NCBI GenBank assembly: GCA_951406725.2 | Contig: OX597814.1 | Location: forward strand, 209,932,001 to 209,996,000 | Reading direction: 5' to 3' | DNA: 64,000 nucleotides | Origin: Octopus vulgaris | Lineage: Eukaryota | In this document: in pieces, positions 12,986 to 26,970 of the stretch | Numbering within the stretch: position 1 is the stretch's first letter | Layout: each line of letters opens with the position of its first letter | Notes under the pieces: generated by a model | Seen by the model: only the letters and a program-made list of their open reading frames with translations | Database searches by the model: none | Told to the model about the DNA's origin: nothing | Position numbers and translations under genes: made by a program

Positions 12986-13020
12986 GTTTAACATTTCGAG
13001 CGGAGCTATTCGTCGGAAAC
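12986..13020 (-). ncRNA. Degenerate minimal hammerhead motif within a short repeat (about 12888-13090)
   Basis: Minus strand GTTT-CCGACGA-A-TAGC-tcc-GCTC-GAAA-TGTT-AAAC. Stem I GTTT/AAAC. Core deviates from CUGANGA. Confidence 0.5.
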
Positions 13021-13269
13021 AAAGAAGGAAAGATCCCGAGAAGGGAAGACAGAGGAAAAAAATAGCTGGCGGTGCTCACGAGGTCACATGTTGAAAAAAA
13101 AATATATATGTCTGTATGTATAAGAATGAAAATGTAATCGAGGATTTATTATTGATTTCTTGAAATCATTTGTCCTTCTCAGGAAGAGTCACTAACAGAT
13201 GCCATAATACCATTAGGTCTTTTTTTAAAAAAATATTTTGTCTTTATTTGGTCTCGAGGGAACATTTCA

Positions 13270-13560
13270 ATAAATTAACACCCTCATTGTGCACAACTTC
13301 CACAACACGCCTGAAATGTATTATCTAAATTCCTGCCATTGACTTCCTTTGAGATATTTCAGTTAGCTTCTTTTAGGTGTAATTAAACAAATTACTCCTA
13401 GCTAATAATATATAAAATGATTTTGCTTGTATGTAAAAAAGTTAAAAGATGTGTGTCGAGCAAAGAAGCGGTTAACAATGTTGGCGATACAACTAACAAT
13501 CGCGTGAATTTTCATCTCTGTCTGTAAGCCACTGTGAATTTTTTTATGCCATTCAGTATA
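13270..13560 (-). mobile_element. Possible highly deleted Tc1/mariner relic
   Basis: Minus strand starts TATACTGAATGGCATAAAAAA (TIR-like) and contains FRRVVEVVHNEG, like a transposase C-terminus. No partner TIR found. Confidence 0.3.
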
Positions 13561-13565
13561 ACCAG

Positions 13566-13696
<131 letters not shown>

Positions 13697-14888
13697 CTCT
13701 CTGTCTTTCAAAAACGAAAATGAATTCCAGGATGCTCAGACACACGAACATATACATATTTACGTTGATATACATGTAGGGTGTAGGAATTCGTTTTCGT
13801 ATTTGAGAATGTGGAAGAAATTATGAGCTTGTTATATTATCTCTGTCGTATAATAAGATATTGTTCTCAGTAGCTTTATGTGAAAGTGCCGTAATTAGGC
13901 GCGTGAATGATTCTCCAGGATCCAAATGTGCATTCCATATCTTTTCTTTTCCATCTACCATGTAATGCCCATCGTTTATTCTTATTATTTGATGACGTTA
14001 ACTCCATTCTTATAGAATAAATATTGTGGTTGTTGTTTTTTTCTAATATTAGTGGAGCAGCTTGAAAAGCGAGAGACATTAAATGGTAAAATTATTCTCA
14101 TTTACGTTAACCTTCTGTGTCAAAGTTGATGGCTATCTCAAAAATATATTCCTTCGTATAGCATAAATTATTGGCATCTATATTAATAAAATATTGCCAA
14201 TACTATTCATATTTTGCGCAAAATCTATCGGGATAATGTACACCATTATGTGTTGCAAGATTAAATTATCAGCGTAATTCTCTAATAATTCCAATATATA
14301 TTCCAATATATGTTGTTTCAGGAAAAATACTCCAGGAGGATATAGTTAGAGAAATATGCTACACTTACTTCTCAAGAAATCAAATTACAGATACTATTTT
14401 ATGTAGATGATCAGTTATGGTTTCCTGAGTTTCATGCCGATGAAAAAAAAAAATTAAGGCCTGTCTTTTGGTGTAATTGCGTTATTGATTTCTTGTCTAA
14501 AATATTTTCCAAAAATATTTACAAAACAGGGCTCTTGGACATTTACAATTAAAGGGTTTTGGGAATGTGTTTCACAAATAGAAACCATTCTTAATACTAA
14601 TTTTGTAGATGTGTATAAAATGCAAGAAAACCGTTTCGTGAAGACTATAGAAATATACAGCTCTTGGGAAAATATCTACTAGGAAAGATTTTCAAAGATG
14701 AGATAGAACAGATAGAGAGATAAATGAGAGAAATTAGGCGAAAGATGCAAAGTGGAAATGAAACATGGAGTTCAAACAATCAATTAGGTACTACAGTGTT
14801 GGTCCATTTAACATTATCTTCAAAGAGGCAACATTTTAAACTCTCTCTTATATGTGTGAGTGTGTATTTATGCACTTATGCATGTGTG

Positions 14889-15403
<515 letters not shown>

Positions 15404-16129
15404 CTATATATATATATAATATATACATACACATACATACATAGATACATACATATATACAGACACACTTATATAGTCATTACAATATTTGCGCTGAAAC
15501 ATTTGTAACGTTATTCCGAGGTTGTCCATTAGACTTAAGACTAGATAAAATTGGATTTTACAGATATTTAAATTCGTTCCTATGGAGATGAGAGAAGTTA
15601 GTAAACTCCGAGAATAAACATGAATAAAATTACACCAGTGAAATCAGATAAATTTGACTCCTAATCCAAAGTAATTATCTCGCACTATATATGCATTTAA
15701 CTTTCAGATCTTCAGTCATAATCCGTTATCGAAGCAATTTAAAATAATAACACCTATTCAAGTAGGGCAGTGTAGGATTTTAGTTAATGATTCGCATCAT
15801 TTTAGTTCAGTCGTTGTTGTTATTTATCCCCATTTTCGCTCTGATTGAGCGATATAACGATGAAAAATTGTACAACCTAGTCACCTTTATTCTGGTAGTG
15901 TGATTCAGGAATACATTTTTCTAATGAGATCATTTGTTGTTAGAATCGTAGGGTGGATTTGAAGGATGTTTGCTTGGTATATTTAGCAGGGTCAGCGTTT
16001 GGTTAATGGCAACGTTGGATGTGCTTGCATTAGAATGACATATGTGTGAGTGTTTATTTATGCATTTATGCATGTATACATACATATATATATATATAAT
16101 ATATAATGCATACATACATAGATATATAT

Positions 16130-16211
<82 letters not shown>

Positions 16212-17339
16212 ATGCATATATGTATATGTGTACCTTTAATATCTTACTTATATTGGTTAATGCACTACGGTCATAGAGGTACACCTTCTTGAATGGTGAA
16301 TGGGCACCGGTAGAAATATTTTAAAAATCTGATACTTATTTTATCGCTCTCTTTTGCCGAACCGCGCTAAAGTCGTATGTTAATAAGCATAGTGTTTTAT
16401 AGATTGAACTAATGACGATGCTGGTACATTTCATGGTCTTATCATTAGGCTATAGTGAACAATATCAACAGGAGTGAGCTTGTTCGTTACTGAGTTACAT
16501 TAAATGTTAATACGGAGAACTAAAAAGTCGTTTTGTCTGTCTGGTTATCACGACTAGCGGAATATACGTTATATTCCAGACAATAACTTCAGATTTATTG
16601 GATGTTATATGGAAATTAGTTTAGGTATATACCTACCATAGACATGAATTATCTACGTTAAGTGAAATATATTCACTTAGTAATCAACAATGAGTCATAA
16701 AAATGTGCGATTCAGAAATGATCTCGCTTCGTATCCTCGATAAATATACAAAAATATATCGAGACATAATATAATACTTTCCCGAATATTGTCTCTGTCT
16801 GATAATAGGTGTAGATTGAATAAGTCTGAACATTCAGTTAACGCTTGCCAACTATTAGAATATAAAATTATGATTTATATCAGTTAGCTGAAGATAAACT
16901 CAGTGAAGAGCCATCGAATTGTCTTGCCTCATTGTAAATGTGGACGATAATTCTAATGAAGATTTTTGTTGAACGTGACATCTTATCACTTTGTGACGAA
17001 TACAATTAACAGCACTCACAGTAGGACTAAATACTTTACTACGTATAAAGATTCGTGATTATTGCTTAGGTGTAAAAGTCATCTGTGTTAAATTCGTAAT
17101 TTTTTTTATTTCTGGAGTACTTAACATTAAACCCCAATAATATTCTGTCATGTCGAAGTGAAATCGAGGAAAAGATAATTTAATACATGCCTCGAGCGAA
17201 GGACATAGTTACATAACCAGCACACACACACACACACAGCACGGGCATATTTGCTATCGACGAAATAAAGTCTTGCTGAAACAAAGGCGGGACAGTCATA
17301 TCTGGAACATCACTGCTTGCATCAACAACTTCTATTATT

Positions 17340-17398
17340 GCTGCTGCTGCTACAACTACTACTACTACTACTACAACCACTACTACCACTGCTGTTGT

Positions 17399-17452
<54 letters not shown>

Positions 17453-17572
17453 AACCACTACTACCACTGCTGCTGTTACTACTGCTACTACTACAACCAC
17501 TACTACCACTGCTGGTGTTACTACCACTGCTACTACTACCACTACTACAACCACTACTACCACTGCTGCTGT

Positions 17573-17608
<36 letters not shown>

Positions 17609-17659
17609 AACCACTACTACTACTACTACTACTACAACCACTACTACCAATGCTGCTGT

Positions 17660-17721
<62 letters not shown>

Positions 17722-17777
17722 ATGCTGGTGGTGGTGGTGCTACTGCCAGTGCTGCTGCCGCTGCTATCACTGCCGCT
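17340..17777. repeat. Compound trinucleotide repeat (CTA/CCA/CTG) with higher-order unit
   Basis: Recurring ACAACCACTACTACCACTGCTG(CTG)TTA separated by variable (CTA)n. Confidence 0.9.
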
Positions 17778-17976
17778 TTTTGCTGGCCTAGTTTCAACTC
17801 AATGCTGAGTTTCAACTCAATACAGGATATTTTGGTGTTTCTGACTGGGAATTATAATTCATATCATACCAATAATCCATAGCTAAGCACTATGTGGCTT
17901 ATAAAGTATTTCTGATATACTAGAGTAGAGGCAACATAACACGACGGCTGAATACTGTATTGAACTATCAATACCT

Positions 17977-18208
17977 ATTTCTTCATTACCCACAAGGGGA
18001 TAAACATAGAGGGGACAAACAAGGACAGACATAGGTATTATGTCGATTACATCGACCCCAGTGCGTAACTGGTACTTAATTTATCGACCCCGAAAGGATG
18101 AAAGGCAAAGTCGACCTCGGCGGAATTTGAACTCACAACGTAACAGCAGACGAAATACTGCTAAGCATTTCGCCCGACGTGCTAACGTTTCTGCTAGCTC
18201 GCCATCTT
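17977..18208 (-). mobile_element. SINE family A, full length
   Basis: Reverse complement of family A. Confidence 0.92.
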
Positions 18209-18229
18209 AAATACCGATGGCGTAAATGC

Positions 18230-18267
<38 letters not shown>

Positions 18268-18847
18268 AGGAGAGAGGGCATGTGTATGAATGTGAGTAGT
18301 TGCATTTTTGTAGTTGCAAATTTCATGTTACGTGCTTCACTTACGTTGAAGTATATAATAAGTACTATGGGTGTTTAAGACTATTACTACAGTCTTGCGC
18401 CCTGCCAAGGTGAACAAAAAGTTCTCTTTAGTAGATGACATATAACTGTAATTATTGACTAAATCTCAGGCACCTCTCGTGTCAAATACGTATGTCCTGT
18501 TTCTAGAATAATATGTGAAGACATAAACTACACTTAAAATTTACGAGGATCTCAGATGACTGAGTGTATAGTATGTCAGTCTATATACTGAATAATTAAC
18601 TGTTTGTTTCTTATTACTGGCCTCCTGTGGTGTCTGTAGTGAAGACTTCAATCACAAATCGTTCTAGACATCTAGAACTGATTAACATCATAGGTATGTG
18701 CCTCCTAGGCATAACAAAAGTGTTTAAATTTTGGCAATTGTTAATTATCCTGAATACGATTTCGAAATTTAGTTGAAATGAAACCTTCAGAATGTCGACA
18801 GACGATTGATTTCTGTGATTCCCTAGATTATTTAATTTGCTGGGCTA

Positions 18848-19270
18848 GGTGCAGGTGTAGCTGTGTCGTGAGAAGTTTGCTTCCCAACCTTATGGTCTTG
18901 GGTTCAGTCCCACTGGGTGAAAACGTGGGCTACTGTCTTCTATTATAGCCCCCGGGGTCTTGTGAGTGGATTTGATAAACAGAAACCGAGAGAAGCCAGT
19001 CATATATGTATGTGTGTTTTGTGTGTGTGTGTGCGCACGTGTTTGTGTATGTGTGTGTGTGTGTGTATCTCTGTGTCTGTGTATGTTTTTGAGTTTGTGT
19101 TTGTTCCTCAATATCATTTGGCAACCGATGCTGGTGTGTTTACGTCCTCATAAATTAGCGACCCGTCAAAAAGATACTGATAGAAAACTTTTAAAAAGTA
19201 CAATGGCCAATGTTTTCGTCGAAACAATTCAAGGTGGCGTCCCAGCATGGCCGCCATGCTATGAATGAAA
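18848..19270 (+). mobile_element. SINE family B, diverged
   Basis: GGTGCAGGTGTAGCTGTGT head, GGGTTCAGTCCCACTG, AACCGATGCTGGTGTGTTTACGTC, CCAGCATGGCCG tail. Confidence 0.85.
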
Positions 19271-19382
19271 AGGTGGAAGATACGTAATAGTCTCGTCAGG
19301 AATTATACAAAAGTTCTTTAAGGTTACTGCCCTTAAACGTTCACTAGATTAATTATTCTAATTGCATTGTTTTAGTAACATG

Positions 19383-19606
19383 TTTCTTTATTACCCACAA
19401 GGGGCTAAACATAGAGGGGACAAACAAGGACAGACAAACGGATTAAGTCGATTACATCGACTCCAGTCTGGTACTTAATTTATCGACCTCGAAAGGATGA
19501 AAGGCAAAGTCGACCTCGGCGGAATTTGAACTCAGAACGTAACGGCAGACGAAATACGCTACGCATTTCGCCCGGCATGCTAACGGTTCTGCCAGATCGC
19601 CGCCTT
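19383..19606 (-). mobile_element. SINE family A with target-site duplication
   Basis: Flanked by ATTGTTTTAGTAACAT and ATTGTTTTAGCAATAT. Confidence 0.92.
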
Positions 19607-20778
19607 ATTGTTTTAGCAATATTGACCCTGCTCAGTGTTAATCGCTAATCAGTTGTATTTCAAAGAAACTTTGTTTGAAACAATGTACCGTAATTATTAT
19701 ACATCGAGTACTTCATACATTGCCAAAGCGAGAAGTCTTCAGTCAAAGGAGTACACTATTGTGGAGAGTATACTATTCTTGTTAAAATTGTAGCAAGACA
19801 AGAAATGCCGCTAACTGCACCAGTGGATCAGAATGGGAGTATGTGATGGAATGAACGAGATGTTATGATGAAATACTAATCGGGGCAAATAAATATCACC
19901 CACACATTTTTCTAAAGATTTTTCTAGTGCGATTTGCATTCAAGTTATTAAATTGTGTTCAGAAAACATTTGTAAACTTCATGGCAGGTGATCAATAGAA
20001 ATATCGATTGTAATACGTTAACGGATTAATGCATAAATACGTCTAATGATAACTGATCATAACTGTAAGAGCCTGGATGTTTTTGCAATGATTGCAAATA
20101 AATATTTTTTTAAACACACATTGAGCATACAATGTAAGACATCAAATTCTGTTCCCTACAAATTAAATAAATTTAATAATAATCGTGAAAAACAGAAACA
20201 TTAAGCACAAAAAAAGGGGAAAATCTCTTTGATTGTTTTAACAATTACTAAACGCTCAAATATTTATATTTTATGTGGTGGAGTCAAAAACTGAAAGGGA
20301 AATGTAACACACAAATAAGTCGATATTCTAACAAAGTTAGTCTTGTTCAGTGTTCTAGATAGTAAGCACAGATTCTATTGTTGTTCATATATGCTTTAGA
20401 TTAATTTAATATTCATATATTTAACATCTGAAATATTGATGTATAATTCATATTTTTCCTTGTGATTATAACCAGTTTATCTAAATATCATTTGTATACT
20501 ATTAAATCAATAAATCCTTAAGCACAGAAATTTGATATTGGTAACCATAAATGAATATATGTTTCATATAATTGGATCATAGTTGAATTTAGAATCTTTT
20601 ACATCGACGTTGGATACTTTTCGTTGTATTTTATGGTTTAGCTTTGGCACTCAGATTTCTATCATAATTTCTATCACAACACAATGCTGATTTCTTATTT
20701 CGTTTGAAATTATATATCTTTCTATGTACAATGTTCTCTCTTTATCTTCGCATTTACCTAAATATAAAATTACACACG

Positions 20779-20844
<66 letters not shown>

Positions 20845-21700
20845 CACACACACACACATGTCAACGTACACTGACTAACCTACGCATGCACACATACACA
20901 TCACATACAAGTTTCTCTGCAAGTGTGAATGTGCATATATATGTGTGTGTGCGCGTGTGTGCATGTATATGAATGCGTGAACATATAAATTAATATTACA
21001 ATCTATATATGATAAATTATTTGTTCCATTGTGCATCGTTGATTGTACGGACATAAATATATATCTATATGTGAAAGCTACATAAGCATAAATTGATAGC
21101 TACATATATACACGCTAACACAAAACCCTCTGACTATAATATATACTCATAAATTCATTAGAGAATGTGTACAAATGTAAAAGAATCAAATATATTATTA
21201 GTATATACATACACACATTTCCAAAAATATACACATATGTATAAACAAATATATATGCATAAACATTAGTCACATATGTCCAATGTGTATTTCCAATTCT
21301 AGACATATGTACATCTACGAATATGAATATACATAAAAGTTTATGTAACTAAGCATACAAGATTACAATGACTACAGAATCATCTGTATGTGCACATTCG
21401 CATGTATACAACAGGCATACACATACACGCAAAACTATCTGCACATTTATACTTCTGTATGTACGTACATTTGTATGTGTATGTGTGTGAAAAATATATA
21501 TATGTATATATACGTTGTGTATGCGTATGTTTATATGTCCATATTTATATATCGTTGTACATATATACATATATTTATTAGGTTACACACACATACAAAC
21601 ACACATATCTATCCCTACACTTACATATATTCACGCTCATATTCACACACAAACATACGAACATACATGAGTACATATATATAATATATATATATATATA

Positions 21701-21758
<58 letters not shown>

Positions 21759-21775
21759 ATTATTATTATTATCAT

Positions 21776-21822
<47 letters not shown>

Positions 21823-22393
21823 CTAATACATATATATATAATTTAGGTATTAGTTTGACTTAAATTTTCGTAGGTTCGTAGAACAACCCTATCTCGTTAG
21901 GCATCTATAAAGAGTAAAGAGATGTGACACAAATTCAAGATGGCTTGCAGCTATTACGCCTCTATTATTCGCTGAAGGCCACATGGTGTTATTAGTCTGA
22001 AAGCGACATCAAATATTTTTTTATTTTTCTTTACTTCACGTGTTCGACCAGGTGGTAGATAGCTCTGTTATCGCTTTGGCTGAAAGTTGCATTATTGTAT
22101 ATTTAGCGACTCCAGTTATTGCATTTGATGTGAGGGGTTGGAGACATCCTTTCCGCATAGAATTTTCATAATTTGGTGGTGTGCCTAGGGAGGTCGATTC
22201 GTTCTATGATCCAAGGAAACTTTAGGTTCCTTAGAACTGTTATGAAATATAACATATAATTCCTACCAAATGTGACGAATGTCCCTTGCTTTTGTTTCTC
22301 CACTCGTATATTATATATATATATATATATACACATGCACACACAATCATATTGTTACACACTCACATTCTCTCTCCCTCTCTCTGTCTCTCT

Positions 22394-22428
<35 letters not shown>

Positions 22429-22591
22429 ATATACGTTTATGAATTTGTGCTGTAAGATTCCCGATGTGAAGTTGTGTGTTGAAACAGATATTATATTTCG
22501 GGACGGTCATTTTTTTCTTGCCAAATAGACACACGCATTATATATTCGTTCTTTACTCGTTTATTACTTTTCATATTCTAACTCGTGTTCA

Positions 22592-22638
22592 TTGTCCGGA
22601 AATCGTTCATCACACATCTGTGACCTCTTCAGTGACAC
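22592..22638 (-). ncRNA. Degenerate hammerhead motif
   Basis: Minus strand TGTCA-CTGAAGA-G-GTCACA-gatg-TGTGAT-GAAC...GACA. Stems I and II recognisable, GAAA and cleavage region mutated. Confidence 0.45.
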
Positions 22639-22653
22639 TTTGCGTCGTCGTCG

Positions 22654-23185
22654 TCTTCTTCTTCTTCTTCTTCTTCTTCTTCTTCTTCTTCTTCTTCTTC
22701 TTCTTCTTCCAATCAGGACTCACGCCATTAGCCACAAAGAATAATCTCTAATTCGAGCCTACCCTAAGCTACTAAGAATGTGTGTGGCAACTTGAAGATC
22801 CACTCACCGCACGCGATAGACTGGCGGTTGCACGGACGCGAAAGCTACGTTGTTATCCTCATTCCGTAAACGGTGGCTTTTAACGGGTGGAGAGCTGAAC
22901 CATCCTGGGGTACAGAGGATTCGCAATCTAGACTAGGGTCTTAAAGTTTACCACACCATAGTGGGTTACACCATAGTTCCTCCGCTTTGTGGCAGAAGTA
23001 GGAAGAAAGAGTGAGAGAAAGTTGTGCCGAAAGAGTACAGCGGGGTTCACCCCCTTCCGCCGAAACCTCGTGGGGTTTAGGTGTTTTTACTCAATAAACA
23101 ATCACAATGCCCGGTCTGTGGATCGAAACCGCGTTCTTAAGACTGCGAGTCCGCTGCCCTAACCACTAGGCCATTGCGCCTCCAC
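22654..23185 (-). mobile_element. SINE family C (tRNA-derived) with a long tail ending in (GAA)n
   Basis: Head and body match 30532-30718. Distinct 3' module ends in (GAA)n (plus-strand (CTT)n 22654-22708). Confidence 0.85.
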
Positions 23186-23599
23186 TGTTGCTGTTGTTGT
23201 TATTGCCATCATTGTCACTGTTCTTACTGATATCGCTGTTAGTCGTGTTCTTCATATTGTTGCAGTCGTCTTCGAAGATACTGTATATGTATTTGTGTTG
23301 ATTGTGTGTGTATATGGGTTCGCTTTCCAGGTTGTTTGTGCCCGTGCCTTTTATATAGATTATTTATTTACTCTTTATCTATCTCTGTTTCTTTTATTTA
23401 TCACAGTCATGTGCATATATGTCTATTGTGTGTGTATTACCCTGTTTGTATATGTGTTTTATTTAATTTCATTCTATTTTCTAATTTTATCCTCTTTCTT
23501 CTCTCATCTGTCTTTGGTACTCATATTATGTGGTGTGGAAGTACATGTTATTGTTTGAGGCTTGGTCTAACTATTGCTATGCGTTTAGCCTATGTGAGC

Positions 23600-24030
23600 T
23601 AAGTGTCGAATCAGTTCTATGAGTCGATAATACCTTAATCTCTATGCTATTGATCGAGCCTCTATGATTGGTAGAGCACTGATGAGCCTTTCTCTTCTTT
23701 GAACTCGCGCCAGTGATCACCAATACGCACCCCTATACTGCTTGCAGTCTCTCCAATGTAAGTAGTTGTCTTGTTTCTGCACCGTCCCTCAGTAAATCAT
23801 AAGCTATATACTATATTCCTAACCTTACAATCAAGCGGTGGGATCATCCTACATACCGTACAATTGTCCACCGTACATGGGGACTTATCAAGGGGATACA
23901 TTCTACAGATCAGGGGTTTTATGGGGGCACCAGGCCTTTCTACTACTTTAATTCGTAGATTCGCCTTACTTAATGTTTTTCTAAAAAGGTATGGTAATTC
24001 ATGGGGAGGAGTAGCATCAACGAACATGTC
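23600..24030 (-). pseudogene. Penelope-like element GIY-YIG endonuclease remnant with Cys-rich linker (Neptune-like)
   Basis: KVVERPG..PLDKSPCTVDNCTVC..DCKVRNIVYSL*FTEGRCRNKTTTYIGETASSIGVRIGDH, read through one stop. Confidence 0.8.
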
Positions 24031-24386
24031 ACTCTGGTGTGAGTGTATGTATGTAAGAATATGTGTGTGTGGGCGTGTGTAAGAATATGTGTGTCTGCAT
24101 ATTATACATATGACGTAGGGTGGCGATCCGGATAATTAATGAATAACAAATTAAAGTGCAATAGTATATTTAAATTCGTCCATTAGCCCTACACAGTGAA
24201 ATTCCTACAATATGCTACCGCAGCTTCGTTCAAGTTGAACTCGAGAACAGGCGGAGCAAGGCGGAGAACGACGTAAATAATATGCTACACACGCAAGCGT
24301 AAGGGATCTTTTTATACATCTAATATATTTCAGTTTAACAGCCAAGGGAAATAACCCAATCATTTTCCTTAATCATTTGGTATAAA

Positions 24387-24650
24387 TCAAAGATGGTATA
24401 AATTGGCTGTCATTCCAATGCAATGGCTTGTAATGTCATCGAATGGTGTGAGGGCTACCGTATAACCCGCGGCCATTTGGATGCAGGATCCTACTAGTTT
24501 GTTGTTGGCAGGATCACGGCAGTTACAGGTTGGGTTGTTGTTAGGAGGCTCTATATGTGTGCGTTTGCGTCTATTGTAGAGTGCACTGGTTGAAACGATG
24601 GGAAGAGTACGTGGGAGGAGTACAGTGGACATTTGGACATAAGCGCAAAA
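24387..24650 (-). pseudogene. Penelope-like element GIY-YIG endonuclease remnant (CNCR type)
   Basis: PTCNCRDPANNKLVGSCIQMAAGYTVALTPFDDITSHCIGMT, a decayed CNCR..CPL.G.C...VY...YIG.T motif. Confidence 0.7.
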
Positions 24651-24684
24651 AACTGATCTCCCAAATTTCTTGCCTTCCCACTTT

Positions 24685-25024
24685 GGAATGGAAGCACTCC
24701 GTCGGTTACGACGACGAGGGTTCCGGTTGATCCGATCAACGGAACAACCTGCTCGTGAAATTAACGTGTAAGTGGCTGAGCACTCCACAGACACGTGTAC
24801 CCATAACGCAGTTCTCGGGGATATTCAGCGTGACACAGAGAGTGACAAGGCCGGCCCTTTGAAATACAGGTACAACAGAAATAGGAAGTAAGAGTGAGAG
24901 AAAGTTGTGGTGAAAGAGTACAGCAGGGATCACCACCATCCCCTGCCGGAGCCTCGAGGAGCTTTAGGTGTTTTCGCTCAATAAACACTCACAACGCCCG
25001 GTCTGGGAATCGAAACCCTCCCAC
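24685..25024 (-). mobile_element. SINE family C with second tail type; A-box half of head deleted
   Basis: Body matches 22995-23130 and 30590-30718. Different 3' module ending CCCTCGTCGTCGTAACCGACGGAG. Confidence 0.85.
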
Positions 25025-25967
25025 TTTATTCATATGCGGATAATGTCTCATATAAAGCACTAATAGATAAAGGGAATTCTATACGCCTTTTACTGTCACT
25101 CTGTTATTGTGGAAATATATTGTGTCGATTTGCGCGTGTTCTTAAGAAAGCCAAAAAAAAAAAAAATCATGTAGCAGTAATAATTTATCTTATTTACTTT
25201 ACACCTCATTTCTCTTACTTATGTTTTAACATGTTCAGTAGAAGGAAATTCGCACTAATTGATATTATTATCATCAATAATATATTATATAACCTATATT
25301 ATAGCATATTTATTATATTATATTACATTTATTTCATTATATTGTATGACATATTATAATTATTACATTACATTTGAAAACAGTTAGCTAATTAGATATG
25401 TTCTTCGACAGAATAATAAATAATAACTATGAATAAAACTATTGTGTAAACAATTATTTTTTAATTATAGCTACGTTTCAGTCATTATTACTCCCGACAT
25501 AAAATGCGATAGAAAACACAGGAAAATAATACCAATTATTCATATCTGTCTTTTCTATCACTCATATGACGTATGCAATGGGTAAAAGCTTTTACGTGAC
25601 TCTCTCGCTCGTTGGTCATACGACGGTGGCACATGAATGCAGACCAAACTTATGGTATACATACATTGACGAATCTCAGACAGACAGCAGTCATAAAATT
25701 ATGAACATTTCGAATAACTGAGAAACAGCTTCCTCGCCCGATAACGATATAATTGCATATATGTATGCCCCTACAAACACATGCAAACACACACAAATAT
25801 GCATATACACAGGTATTTACATCTAAACTAATGTTTATACATATGTTATTGCATTTACATAGACGTATATTTACATAGTCGTATATTAGTATAATCATTT
25901 ATGTATATTCATATATATATTCATAAATATTTATCCATGTATGTGCATTTATACATATTAGTACATT

Positions 25968-26030
<63 letters not shown>

Positions 26031-26091
26031 TACATATATGGGAAAGTCTATCTGTAAGTGTGTTTGTGGAGTTGTTAGCTAATTCCTATCG

Positions 26092-26169
26092 TTTTATCGA
26101 TTTTGATGAAACGACACCTGAGTAGAACTCATGTCTGGAAACCTCATGGCATACTCAGGTTGTTGAAAA
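26092..26169 (+). ncRNA. Degenerate hammerhead motif
   Basis: TTGATGA (26103-26109), stem II GACA..TGAGT-aga-ACTCA-TGTC, GAAAC (26138-26142), stem III AACCT/AGGTT. Confidence 0.45.
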
Positions 26170-26970
26170 CAATCGATAATAAGACCCCTAGAATGGATCC
26201 TTATATACATCTAATATATTTCATTTTAACAGACAAGGGAAATAACCCATTCACCCAGATTTTAACAGCCAAGGGAAATAACCCAATCATTTTCCTTAAT
26301 CATTTGGTATTAATCAAACTGAGTATGCTTCTTCTTTGTATTTGAACTGTTAGAGTTATTTTCGCAATTATGCAGTACAGCCATTAAACAATTAAATAGT
26401 ATTTTCTTAAACAATTGATCCACTCATTTCGGTTGGTGACTTATTCAAGAATATACCAACACTAGCACCGCTGAAGGTAACATTATCTGGGAACGCACAA
26501 AATCCCTTTTCAGAGGTATTTATTTTGAATTGTTATCTCATACATGATTAGCCTGTTATTACGTAACATGCTTCAAGATTTTAGTATATATAGCTTATTA
26601 GTATTTCTTCCTATGTTCTATACACTCTGGGAACACATTAAAGCCCTTTACGGGGTTACTTTATTTGAATTCTTCCTATCGGGTAACTAATTTCATTTTA
26701 TTACATAACTGACTTCACAATTTGAGTATTCATAACTTATTGGATATTCCTAAAAAGAAGATCTTGTGTAACACAGTTCAGTATTCTCTGTAAATGCAAA
26801 AAAAGATAAAAAGGTTTAAGGAGTACATACTTTGTATTGTTCTTATTGGATTAATGAAAGAATTATGAGAACGGAATCAAGAGATAAGCCTCCACTTTCC
26901 CGGGAATTAGCGAGTACGCAAGCTAGTACAAATATATGATCCCATATATATACATAAATATATACATATA

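Noticed and set aside
17180-17815. Poly-Val, poly-Leu and poly-Tyr ORFs of 149-211 aa
   Set aside because: Trinucleotide repeats are open in several frames by construction. No domain or splice context.
24387-24794. 135-aa ORF as a single protein
   Set aside because: Chimeric: the N-terminal part is SINE C tail sequence and the C-terminal part is a decayed PLE endonuclease.
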